A stretch of 64,000 nucleotides of DNA from a virus, in the IMG/VR virus record IMGVR_UViG_3300022926_000006, positions 1 to 64,000 of that record; one strand, given 5' to 3'. Each line of letters starts with the position of its first letter. The stretch's first letter is position 1. Of this stretch, positions 49,026 through 57,773 are shown in pieces. The translations under genes and the position numbers were made by a program. The notes under the pieces are model-generated. The model searched no databases, had not been told where the DNA came from, and saw nothing but the letters and a program-made list of their open reading frames with translations.

Positions 49026-50891
49026 ATGGCAGATATAGCATCACTAGCGGAAGCAATTGAACATCTAAAAATAGAAGTTCAGTCTACGGGCGGGCAACAG
49101 ATTGTTTTCCTAGATAGTTTATCTGTTAATATGGAAGATTTGGTGTCAACATCTTCTCTAATGCTTGCGGAGTTAATTGCAATTAAAGATGCACTTGCTC
49201 CTGCCAATGCATTTGAGAGAGTGCAACAAAAAGAACGTGAGCGAGAAGCAGACATTAGTGGACAGAATGTAACACCAGACCAACAAGCAATTAAACCTGT
49301 GAAGAGTGGTATGTCAGGCAAAGGAATGCTCTTGGGTGCCGCTCTTGTTGGTGGTATTGGCGCATTACTTGCAACATTCTCAGGATTGCTTGACTTTGAT
49401 GCAGAAGCACTAAAACAAAAAGTAAAGACACTTCTCTCACTTAAAGATGAAGTGGCAGATGGTAGTATGCTAAAACTTCTTGCTGAAGGTGGAACACTTG
49501 CACTAGTTCTTGGTGGTATAGGTCTTGCTCTTGGAGCATTTGGTATTGGTGCCGCTGTTGCTGGAGGTGGTATGGCACTTGCAGATTGGTCAGGAGGAGG
49601 AAACTGGTCTCAAGCAATCGTAGACCACGTTATAACTCTACTCTCTATTAAAGACCAACTTGGTGGCAATCTTGAAATGCTAAAAGATGGGTTTGCATTT
49701 ACACTCGCAATGACAGGTGTTGGATTAGGTCTTGCCGCGTTTGGTGCTGGTGCCTTTGTTGGTGGTGCAGGATTAGGTTTTTCCGATTGGGCAGGTGGAG
49801 ACAACTGGTCACAAAAAATTAAAGACCATGTAGTTACATTACTATCAATCAAAGATGAACTTGGTGGTAACTGGGATATGTTAAAAGCATCAGGTGCCTT
49901 TGCTCTTGCAATGGGAGGTGTTGGTGCTGGTCTTGCCGCTATCGGTATTGGTATGGCAGTTGCGGGTGCTACTTTAACATTAGCAGACTGGATGGCAGGT
50001 GATTGGTCACAAAAAATTAAAGACCATGTTATAGTTCTTCTTTCTATATCTGATGCTCTAGGTGGTGCTAAAGCATTTATTGGTGAAGCGGCAGTATTCG
50101 CTCTTGCGATGGGGGGCATTGGATTCGGTCTTGCCGCGTTTGGTGCTGGGCAAGCGGCGACGGCAGTTGCACAGTTTATATCGTCTGACGATTGGACACA
50201 ACGCATCAAAGATAATGTTAAGAACTTATTATCTATTACTGCTGAAGGATACGACCAGAAAAAAGCAGATGAATTCTCTTCTGTTATGGGTACTATCTCT
50301 GCAGGACTACTAAAGTTCTCCGGTAGTACCTTTGTTTCTTCTCTCGCAGGTGCGGCAAGTGGTATTCTGAACTTCTTGTCTGGTAAAGAGAGTCCTATTG
50401 AAGAGATGATGAATATTGCGAATAAAGCAGATAAGTTAGAAAAAGGTGCTAATGCACTTGATAGAATTGCTGGCGCACTAAGTAAAATCTCAGGTCTAAA
50501 CTTTCAAGGTACTAAATTAGGTATCTCAGAAATGGCAGAAGATTTATTGAAATCTATTCCTGCAATTGAGACTGCTATCAACGGCGGTACTGTTGGGGAA
50601 GGATGGATATCATCTGGAACACAAATTAAAGGTCTTGCATCTAGCGATATTAAGTTTGATGAAGCGGCAAAGAACATCACATTACTGAGAGAATCCTTAG
50701 GACTAGCACCAGTAGTTCAAGCGGCACCAACTGCAGACGTATCTAGTGCAGTAGTGCCGCCAGCGCAACAACCAGTAATTAATACTGTTACAACCGTGGC
50801 GGCACCAACAACAATGAACTCAAGCAGTAATACAAATATTTCACCTAGAAATCAACAACAGAAAGCATGGCAGGAAGACTTAGTATATTAA
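49026..50891 (+). CDS. Probable tail tape measure protein (gp29-like)
   Basis: 621 aa, Ala/Gly-rich with four ~65-67 aa repeats (W(S/T)Q.I.D(H/N)V..LLSI); follows gp26/gp51. Confidence 0.7.
   Translation: MADIASLAEAIEHLKIEVQSTGGQQIVFLDSLSVNMEDLVSTSSLMLAELIAIKDALAPANAFERVQQKEREREADISGQNVTPDQQAIKPVKSGMSGKGMLLGAALVGGIGALLATFSGLLDFDAEALKQKVKTLLSLKDEVADGSMLKLLAEGGTLALVLGGIGLALGAFGIGAAVAGGGMALADWSGGGNWSQAIVDHVITLLSIKDQLGGNLEMLKDGFAFTLAMTGVGLGLAAFGAGAFVGGAGLGFSDWAGGDNWSQKIKDHVVTLLSIKDELGGNWDMLKASGAFALAMGGVGAGLAAIGIGMAVAGATLTLADWMAGDWSQKIKDHVIVLLSISDALGGAKAFIGEAAVFALAMGGIGFGLAAFGAGQAATAVAQFISSDDWTQRIKDNVKNLLSITAEGYDQKKADEFSSVMGTISAGLLKFSGSTFVSSLAGAASGILNFLSGKESPIEEMMNIANKADKLEKGANALDRIAGALSKISGLNFQGTKLGISEMAEDLLKSIPAIETAINGGTVGEGWISSGTQIKGLASSDIKFDEAAKNITLLRESLGLAPVVQAAPTADVSSAVVPPAQQPVINTVTTVAAPTTMNSSSNTNISPRNQQQKAWQEDLVY
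49806..50029 (+). repeat. 26-bp direct repeat in tape measure gene, period 198 bp
   Basis: TGGTCACAAAAAATTAAAGACCATGT at 49806 and 50004. Confidence 0.8.
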
Positions 50892-51409
50892 TTCGCCAAA
50901 GGATTATCTAAAGCACGTTGTACCATCTTTTTCAATCTTTCTTCTAGTTCATTCAATTGCCTATCTACATCACTAGAGACTTTATCACGTTTGTTATCAA
51001 ACCTCTGGTCGGCAAGGTCTACGAGTTCTCGCACTTCTTTAGTCTGGTCTGTCAACTGTATGCGAACTTCGTATTCGCTGTCTTTCACTCTTTGTTCAGT
51101 CTTGTCAACTATCTGTTCGATACGTTCAATATCACTCTTTAAATCTATCTTTATATCTCTAGTGTAATCTCTTGCTTCGGTGACACTCTCTTGTAGTTTA
51201 ATCATATTAGCATCAAGCACAGATAATTGTTCTTGTAGACCTGATAAGTCAGGTGCAACATATTCTTGTATTTGCTCTTTCATATTCATGTAGTCTTTGT
51301 AGAATTCAAATCCTGCCCATAGACCACCACCCAATGCACTAAGCAATGGTAGTATGAGTAACATCTTACCACCAGATATTTTTGCTCCTGCAACTTCTAT
51401 TTCTGCCAT
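50888..51409 (-). CDS. Membrane-anchored coiled-coil protein
   Basis: N-terminal TM then coiled coil, ends ALDNPLAN. Confidence 0.7.
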   Translation of the reverse strand: MAEIEVAGAKISGGKMLLILPLLSALGGGLWAGFEFYKDYMNMKEQIQEYVAPDLSGLQEQLSVLDANMIKLQESVTEARDYTRDIKIDLKSDIERIEQIVDKTEQRVKDSEYEVRIQLTDQTKEVRELVDLADQRFDNKRDKVSSDVDRQLNELEERLKKMVQRALDNPLAN

Positions 51410-51420
51410 TTCTCTCTCCT

Positions 51421-53073
51421 TTATTGATACTGCATATCGACCATCTTGTCGTGCAGAATTTGTTGTGCGAGTCCATTGCGTAATCCTCGCTGATTTTCTT
51501 TCGGTGATTTAGTATACTCATTAGGCAACGCACTTTCAAGTCTAACACCGTCAGGCATCGATGCTTGATATGCACCAAATCCTTGATTGAAGTTCATTAG
51601 TGCTATAGCAAGTCCTTGCGCCGCTTGCTGTTCTTCAAGTGATACTGCATTCGCAATCTTCAACGCATTATCTGCCGCTTTCTTTGCAATGATTTTGCGT
51701 AGTTTCTTTTTCTTACTTTCTTTTTTATCTTCTTTCTTTTCTTCTTGTGCAACTTCTTCTTCAGGTTCATCTTCAGTTGCTTCTGGTTCTGTATCTGCTA
51801 CTTGCTCTTCTTCAGCAGGTTCTGTATCTTCTGCAACCTCATCTGTAGTCTCTTCTTCTGGTTGCTCATCAGTTGACGCAACTTCCTCTTCTCGCTCTTC
51901 TTGCTCAGGCATCTCTTCAATAGTTTCAGCAACTTCTTCAACAACCTCTTCAGATACTTCAAGACTTTCTTCAAATGACTGTACCTCTGCAATCTCTATC
52001 TCCTGACTAGTTGGTTCTTCTATAACAAATTCTACTTCTGGTATCGCAGGTTCAAAAATATCGATAACAGAGAATCCACCAAATTCAGTAGTGTTCAACT
52101 CATTGCTTATTAAGTTATCAATGATAGCATCACCAGTAGTAGAAACTTCATCAAACTCAATTACATTTTCAACAACAGGTTGCTCCTCAAATTGTGCCAA
52201 TTCTTCTTGCTGAGGTTCTACAAAAGTTTCGTAGTAAAGTTGTTCGTAACCAGGACATGATGGGTCATATAAAGCGTCTACGGCGCAGTTCTGTGCAAAT
52301 ACTATCTCTGCTAGTGCTTCAGCATAACCAGTACACAGACTGCTATAAAGAGGATTAGCGGCGCACATAGCATCTAGATTGAAAGTGTATATTACTTCAC
52401 CCTTGCTATTGTATCCGTTAGGTTCAAATTTAAACTGCTCTATCTCATTGTTAGTAGTGTCACCAAATATACCTACAGTAACAGCATGATTGACAATGTT
52501 AATATCAAAGTGATGTATCTCAATAGCACCGCTGTCAAAGTTCATCTCTACACCAAATGTATTGAGATTGTTTGCATCATGAAACTCTGCGATATAACGC
52601 CAATAATAACGTAGTGTATCGATATCACCATCATTGTCTGTATCAAGTTCTTTAGTGAAGAATCCACTATCAGGTATACCATCACCAGTCACATCTACAT
52701 TCAAGTCAATCAAGTCTGTCCATAATGCCGCGATAGTATAGTTAAAGAATGGTTGTCCAGGAAGAGTTCCATTCGCCGCCATTGATGCAACGTCTTGTCC
52801 ATTACAACAAAAATGCTGAAAAGGTGCATTCGTGTTAATGTTAGGACCGTACATGACAATAGCACCATTAGACATGAATGCGCTATTAGTGAATACTTGA
52901 CCATTCATAGTGAACGGAACAGGTAAATCTACAAGAGCATTGCTATCATCAAATATCTGATACTGAGTTGTACCCTCAGAACCAGGTTCGATGAACTCCT
53001 CTGCTATACTAGAGTAAGAGTAGAAGCAATAGAACAGAACCAGCGCCCATAGCGGCACCTTTAATTGTATCAT
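51421..53073 (-). CDS. Exported protein with nidogen-like N-terminal region, Cys repeats and acidic stalk
   Basis: Signal peptide; LP.PFT.NG..F, SNG, IAALWTDL; C..(N/D).LY...C.GY twice; Glu-rich tract. Confidence 0.6.
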   Translation of the reverse strand: MIQLKVPLWALVLFYCFYSYSSIAEEFIEPGSEGTTQYQIFDDSNALVDLPVPFTMNGQVFTNSAFMSNGAIVMYGPNINTNAPFQHFCCNGQDVASMAANGTLPGQPFFNYTIAALWTDLIDLNVDVTGDGIPDSGFFTKELDTDNDGDIDTLRYYWRYIAEFHDANNLNTFGVEMNFDSGAIEIHHFDINIVNHAVTVGIFGDTTNNEIEQFKFEPNGYNSKGEVIYTFNLDAMCAANPLYSSLCTGYAEALAEIVFAQNCAVDALYDPSCPGYEQLYYETFVEPQQEELAQFEEQPVVENVIEFDEVSTTGDAIIDNLISNELNTTEFGGFSVIDIFEPAIPEVEFVIEEPTSQEIEIAEVQSFEESLEVSEEVVEEVAETIEEMPEQEEREEEVASTDEQPEEETTDEVAEDTEPAEEEQVADTEPEATEDEPEEEVAQEEKKEDKKESKKKKLRKIIAKKAADNALKIANAVSLEEQQAAQGLAIALMNFNQGFGAYQASMPDGVRLESALPNEYTKSPKENQRGLRNGLAQQILHDKMVDMQYQ

Positions 53074-53563
53074 TGCGTTGTTCCTCTTTTTTTACGCTTT
53101 CAGGTCTCAACTCAGGATATGTTTCCCATAGTTGTTTTGCTTCATCGCCGATTTTACCCATAAACGGACAAGGTGTACCTGCCATCTCCATAGCATCAAA
53201 GACACGCTCATCTTGACACATGTTAGAGACTGCCGCTACTTTCATACCCATATCATAGAGGACTTTTGATAGTTTAAGACGTTCACAGTTCATATCTCTG
53301 ACTGCTGAACCGCCTGAGAAACCTAATACTTGTGTTTGTACTGCTCCGCTAAAAGCAATTGTACATACATCACTATTAGAGTTATTAATTGAAGGCGAAA
53401 TAGCACTAGGTGGTGGAGATTTCACAGTGGTCTTTGAATTGCTATTGCTATTCACATCACTTCTAGACGTACTATCAGTGACAATAGGATCAGCACTGAA
53501 AGACATAGAACTAAACGAAATCATAACAAATGCAATAACAACAGATGTTATTATTCTTTGCAT
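53009..53563 (-). CDS. Exported Cys-containing protein with C-terminal membrane anchor
   Basis: Signal peptide; PPPSAISP, D.NCERLKLS, GMKVAAV...CQD.RV..AM..AGTPCP. Confidence 0.7.
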   Translation of the reverse strand: MQRIITSVVIAFVMISFSSMSFSADPIVTDSTSRSDVNSNSNSKTTVKSPPPSAISPSINNSNSDVCTIAFSGAVQTQVLGFSGGSAVRDMNCERLKLSKVLYDMGMKVAAVSNMCQDERVFDAMEMAGTPCPFMGKIGDEAKQLWETYPELRPESVKKEEQRNDTIKGAAMGAGSVLLLLLLL

Positions 53564-53705
53564 TGTTTGTTTCCTTTATTGGTTGAGGTCTTACTCAGTT
53601 ATTTATAATTTGGGTGTCAACATCTTGACATTAAAATCAAATTAGTTTTAACATAAATACTTAAAGCAAATATTATGCACATGTGACAGAGAGAAAGCAA
53701 AAGAA

Positions 53706-53888
53706 ATGTTACATGTATTCATGCTAGTCGTAATGCTTCAAGGAAGCGAACAAAGAACGCAACCTATGTACTTCTACGATATAGACAGATGTTTATATTT
53801 TGCAAATCGCATGAATAGACAGCGTGATTATAGTGCAATATGTAAGATAGTGACTGTTGATCCTAGCAAAGTGACGGTATACAAATGA
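53706..53888 (+). CDS. Small hypothetical protein
   Basis: Hydrophobic N-terminus, MYF.DIDRC.YFA; ATGA-type overlap with the next gene. Confidence 0.6.
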   Translation: MLHVFMLVVMLQGSEQRTQPMYFYDIDRCLYFANRMNRQRDYSAICKIVTVDPSKVTVYK

Positions 53889-54070
53889 GCATAGATAATA
53901 GAGATAAAGTCGTTCATGACATTAAGATGAGAATTCATAATTTTAAAATGAAGAATAAATGGTTATATGACAGAGAAAGAAAAGAAAATGACAGCAATGA
54001 ACAATCAACAAGTGAAGACAGAGAGCAAGAAAGAGATAACAGAATTGCATCAAAATTGCGGAACTTCTGA
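53885..54070 (+). CDS. Small hypothetical protein
   Basis: Coupled start; 3' part overlaps the next ORF. Confidence 0.4.
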   Translation: MSIDNRDKVVHDIKMRIHNFKMKNKWLYDRERKENDSNEQSTSEDREQERDNRIASKLRNF

Positions 54071-54128
54071 CTGTTGCGGACAATGTGAGACTGCAGTTAA
54101 ACCAATAGTGAAAGAAGAAAAGCAATGA
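53988..54128 (+). CDS. 46-aa Cys-cluster peptide (HQNCGTSDCCGQC), absent from the ORF track
   Basis: Hand-translated; ATGA overlap with the 54125 ORF. Confidence 0.65.
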   Translation: MTAMNNQQVKTESKKEITELHQNCGTSDCCGQCETAVKPIVKEEKQ

Positions 54129-54322
54129 ATACAATATGGCACATAATGCTCACTGCATGTCTAGACACACAAATGATGCAATGCGTATCACAAGACGTAC
54201 AATGGTTTGATACACAGAAACAATGCGAAATTGCATTAAATGAGTATACTGAGATTCCACCTGATGGACCTTTCCAGACAGTAGAATGGCAATGTAAACC
54301 AATAGGATCATCATCAACATGA
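54125..54322 (+). CDS. Small Cys-containing hypothetical protein
   Basis: W.I.LT.C, C..QDVQWF.....C, C.P; coupled overlaps on both sides. Confidence 0.65.
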   Translation: MNTIWHIMLTACLDTQMMQCVSQDVQWFDTQKQCEIALNEYTEIPPDGPFQTVEWQCKPIGSSST

Positions 54323-54558
54323 GACAAACAGCAAGTTACGCAGAAGAGCAAGACGTATGGTACACAGAACTCAAAAATCTAGCAGAGATGTGGGCAACAT
54401 CAGAGACTAAACTATCTACAGAGTTAGAAGAATTAGAGAAGAGAAGAATAGTCGATGCGATGGCGATTTCGAACAATAACAAATCACACGCGGCAAAACG
54501 TCTAGGTATCGGTCGTACTCTATTGATACACAAGTTAAAGAAGTACTCAATTGAATAG
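54319..54558 (+). CDS. Fis-family helix-turn-helix protein
   Basis: LE.LE...I..A....NNNKSHAAKRLGIGRT.L..KLKKY (HTH_8 pattern). Confidence 0.85.
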   Translation: MRQTASYAEEQDVWYTELKNLAEMWATSETKLSTELEELEKRRIVDAMAISNNNKSHAAKRLGIGRTLLIHKLKKYSIE

Positions 54559-54562
54559 AACA

Positions 54563-54655
54563 ATGCTTATCATAGTTGCTACGCAATTCCTACTCGCAGT
54601 AGCAATCTTACCATTCGCATTACGCATGAATGTCGTATCGGTAATGTGTGGTTGA
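54563..54655 (+). CDS. Possible 30-aa hydrophobic peptide
   Basis: MLIIVATQFLLAVAILPFALRMNVVSVMCG fills the gap; no clear RBS. Confidence 0.3.
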   Translation: MLIIVATQFLLAVAILPFALRMNVVSVMCG

Positions 54656-55111
54656 TTAACCGTACTTAGGTAGATACGCAAAGGTATAGAACAACCACAC
54701 TAGAAGCGAACATACTGCCGTACCTGCGGTTAATGCCGCGGTAAGTTGAATCCACTCCATTATATTTTCATGTCTTTCTATTGCCGCTTTTCTTGCGGCG
54801 ATTTCCGCTTCGCGTCTTTTCTCTGCCGCTTGCTTTTGAAATTGTAACCAGTCTTGCCACATGCCAGCACGACCTGTATAAATCATCATCTCTCGGAGTT
54901 CATCTTCTTGTGCCTTGAGTTTTTCAAGTGCCATAAACTCTTCTAAGTCAGATTTGTTTCCGCCTGCGTTATTTACTTTTTTCTGTAAAGAATTTTTTGC
55001 ATCAAAATAACCGACCAGTTGCTCACCACAATCGTACAGTTCTTTTCCGTTGCTTATGAATTCTTTTACAGTATTGAACGCCGCAGATGCTAATGCTAAT
55101 TCTGCTAACAT
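54656..55111 (-). CDS. Hypothetical protein with C-terminal TM helix
   Basis: Likely start MLAELALA; FMALE.LK..E.ELREMMIY.GR.GMW.DW. Confidence 0.7.
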   Translation of the reverse strand: MLAELALASAAFNTVKEFISNGKELYDCGEQLVGYFDAKNSLQKKVNNAGGNKSDLEEFMALEKLKAQEDELREMMIYTGRAGMWQDWLQFQKQAAEKRREAEIAARKAAIERHENIMEWIQLTAALTAGTAVCSLLVWLFYTFAYLPKYG

Positions 55112-55195
55112 AATGATGATACCCCTCTTTCGGTGTTGTATCATATATCATGTTGTAAGGGAAAGTTTCAACTCAAGTTGTTATGACTATTTATA

Positions 55196-55224
55196 AAAAA
55201 AAGAGGACACAAGGTCCTCTTTTT
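55196..55224. terminator. Intrinsic terminator downstream of gp32 (possibly bidirectional)
   Basis: AAAAAGAGGAC-ACAAG-GTCCTCTTTTT. Confidence 0.8.
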
Positions 55225-55348
55225 AAGTTTACATTATTTATATACTGTTATTTTTCTGTGTGATACCTACAGCAAGCGCATGTAGACCAAACTAGTATAA
55301 GGCGCATATCACACAAAGGAATAACTTCCACCTTCTCCTATAGTTTTC

Positions 55349-56278
55349 TTAGTCATCAGCGGCAAGTTTGGAGAAGTATGACATTGCTTCATCATCTTCA
55401 TCTTCTTGTACTGGTGCTGACATTGCTGGCGTTGGTGTAGTAGATTTCTCTTCTGCTACCCAAGGCACTGTCTCCTCTGCGGTCTGTTGTCTAACAGGTG
55501 CAGAAGGAGTATAACTTGGTACATCTGCATTAGCATTCAATACCAAATCAAGTTTTGCCTTCAGTTCTTCATATGACTTGAAGTTAGAAGGTGCAAGAAA
55601 GTCTTGCAGTTTATATTGTGTTTTCCACAATGCTTCGATTTTAGCATCGTCACCCTCAAAGAGTGGTGATACACTATCGAATTCAGATTTATCGTAGTTG
55701 GTAAAACCTTCTACTTTACGAATTTTCAGTTTGAAGTTAGTTCCTGCCCAAGGATCAAATGGGTTAATAGGACTCTCATCTTCGAACTGAGGTTTCATCA
55801 CATCCATAATCTTATCAAAGATTTTCTTACCAAACTTAAACAGTTTGACTTGACCTTCATTCTCAGGATGCTTCGGATCAGAAACAATGAGAACATTGGC
55901 AATGTAAGAAAGTCTACGCTTTTGCTTTCGTGCGATATCTTTGTTTGCTTCTGTACCAGAGTTCCATAGAACAGAGTTGTACTCTGCAACAGGGTCTTTT
56001 TCATTAAGCGTTGTCAAAGAGTTCTCAATATACCACTTACCAGTAGGACCTTGAAACCCATGATTAAAGATACGAACCCAAGGAAGTTCTTCACCTTCGC
56101 TCTCTGGAAGAAAACGAATAACAGCAAAACCATTACCAGACTTATCTAACTCTGGACGCCAGAAGCGGTCATCGTTGTTGCTGTTGTTGGATTGTTGTGG
56201 GGTGTTTACTTTTTCTACTTCGTTAAGTAGGCGTGAAAGATTGTCGTTAGACTTTTTAAGTTGTGCAAAATTTGTCAT
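55349..56278 (-). CDS. gp32: Single-stranded DNA-binding protein
   Basis: DDRFW.P..DKSGNG.AVIRFLP, WYIENSLTT, FGKKIFDKI, NYDKSEF, acidic tail. Confidence 0.98.
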   Translation of the reverse strand: MTNFAQLKKSNDNLSRLLNEVEKVNTPQQSNNSNNDDRFWRPELDKSGNGFAVIRFLPESEGEELPWVRIFNHGFQGPTGKWYIENSLTTLNEKDPVAEYNSVLWNSGTEANKDIARKQKRRLSYIANVLIVSDPKHPENEGQVKLFKFGKKIFDKIMDVMKPQFEDESPINPFDPWAGTNFKLKIRKVEGFTNYDKSEFDSVSPLFEGDDAKIEALWKTQYKLQDFLAPSNFKSYEELKAKLDLVLNANADVPSYTPSAPVRQQTAEETVPWVAEEKSTTPTPAMSAPVQEDEDDEAMSYFSKLAADD

Positions 56279-56368
56279 TTGTATTTACCTCGTATGTACG
56301 TTATATTGCGTTGTATAAGTTTATCTTATCCACATATGTTTCATAATGTATAAGACTATTTATATGAC

Positions 56369-57010
56369 TTACACGTTAGTTTCGTCATATTTCTGTGTTC
56401 TACTATACATTATTACCTTGTATTTGTCAACATCAAAATCAAGAAAAGGTCGGTATTTAATTAACTTTCGCCGTTCTTCTTTCCAAAAGAAATCATCTTT
56501 CAGTGTCTTGTCCCAATATGACAGATAGTTGTTAATAGCGTCTAGTATTAACATCGTTTCGATTTTTACATCTCCACGACTGTACATTTGTAGCAACAAT
56601 GGATGTTGTTCATCCTTTACTACAAAGCATTTGTCAAACTTGTTTACTTCTTCATAAGCAAGTTCTGAGCAAATCTGTTCCAGGTCATCTCTAAAATTTT
56701 GTGTTAAACTCTGTAGACGACCTTTCCATTTATTATAAACCTGAAGTGCCTCTTCATATATGAATGCTCCACCCCATCTATTACCATCAACATGATTAGC
56801 AATTAAAAACTTAGGTAACTCATCTTCACTAAACTCCTTTGCCAATTTAGTAAAGTTGAATTGGTCGCTTCTTTTATAGAAGGTCTCATTCTTTGTTTTG
56901 ACTGCACCTCTAGTCTTAGTGATATCATATCTATCTGTTGTGAAATGTAACTTGAAAGCAAGATACACATTAAAAGCATCGAATTCATTCATACGAAAAG
57001 TTTGCCTCAC
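56369..57010 (-). CDS. gp59: Helicase loader
   Basis: YLA.KLHFT...YD, F.KR.D..F.KL, HP.LL, ET..ILD, KYRPFL. Confidence 0.9.
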   Translation of the reverse strand: MRQTFRMNEFDAFNVYLAFKLHFTTDRYDITKTRGAVKTKNETFYKRSDQFNFTKLAKEFSEDELPKFLIANHVDGNRWGGAFIYEEALQVYNKWKGRLQSLTQNFRDDLEQICSELAYEEVNKFDKCFVVKDEQHPLLLQMYSRGDVKIETMLILDAINNYLSYWDKTLKDDFFWKEERRKLIKYRPFLDFDVDKYKVIMYSRTQKYDETNV

Positions 57011-57537
57011 AATTCTACTCTATTCATGTTAAATGGTAGTGTAACACGTTCAACTTCTTCATTGTGAGGATACATCTCATGCATCAACCAACCAGGAAAT
57101 AATATACACTTTCCCTTCTCAGATTTAATCTCTTGTGCAACATCATTATATATTTGAACTCTAGGGTCATAAAAATCTGTCCCACCTATATTGTCATAAT
57201 ATAAAATGCCGCACATCATATTATCATCACCATGTCTATGCATACTATGAACATTATTCTTAGGAACATAGTTCACCCAAGATGAATTGATTGTCCATTT
57301 TTGTTTTGTGTGCTTTGTTATCTGCCACTCTACAAGAGATAATAATTCACTAGTTGCATCGCCGGCATCTAAGATTGTCGGATTATTAAAAGTGGTATAA
57401 TATAATGCTGGACTTTGTTTATTCTTAGAATTTTTATTTCTATATGCATCAAGTTCAAGTCTGGATGCGTCAATCTGGTCCTCCGAAAAGTAAAACTCAT
57501 ACAGTCGAGTTGACCATAAATCAATTTCTGTCATCAT
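57007..57537 (-). CDS. Putative 2OG-Fe(II) oxygenase
   Basis: SWVN, H.H, GILY, FYDPR, G..ILFPGWL.H, R....FN. Confidence 0.8.
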   Translation of the reverse strand: MMTEIDLWSTRLYEFYFSEDQIDASRLELDAYRNKNSKNKQSPALYYTTFNNPTILDAGDATSELLSLVEWQITKHTKQKWTINSSWVNYVPKNNVHSMHRHGDDNMMCGILYYDNIGGTDFYDPRVQIYNDVAQEIKSEKGKCILFPGWLMHEMYPHNEEVERVTLPFNMNRVEL

Positions 57538-57767
57538 ACCGGCAATTCTGCAGTTGTCTTAGGAAGATAATGCAAGTCTTGTGCATTTAATGCTACTTTT
57601 TCTTTAAGTGTTTTACTTACAAACTTACGAATGTCTTCAGGTTCAAGTTCATGTTTCTCACAATAAATAAGAATTGCATCCATATAATTAACTTGCTTTT
57701 CTCTTACTATACCTTCTACTATATTAGAAAATCTTCTTGGAGTCATCGGTTCTGGATTTGTAGTCAT
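57534..57767 (-). CDS. gp33: Late transcription coactivator
   Basis: F...VE..V, YMDAI..YCE, LKEK....A..L..L. Confidence 0.9.
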   Translation of the reverse strand: MTTNPEPMTPRRFSNIVEGIVREKQVNYMDAILIYCEKHELEPEDIRKFVSKTLKEKVALNAQDLHYLPKTTAELPV

Positions 57768-57773
57768 ATTATT

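Noticed and set aside
51587-52006. Plus-strand Ser-rich ORF
   Set aside because: Antisense of the Glu-rich stalk of the 550-aa protein.
55244-55330. Short Cys-containing minus-strand ORF (VEVIPLCDMRLILVWSTCACCRYHTEK) or glutamine riboswitch
   Set aside because: RBS spacing to the GTG is too short, and the glnA-motif consensus could not be matched by eye; kept only as a generic structured RNA candidate.
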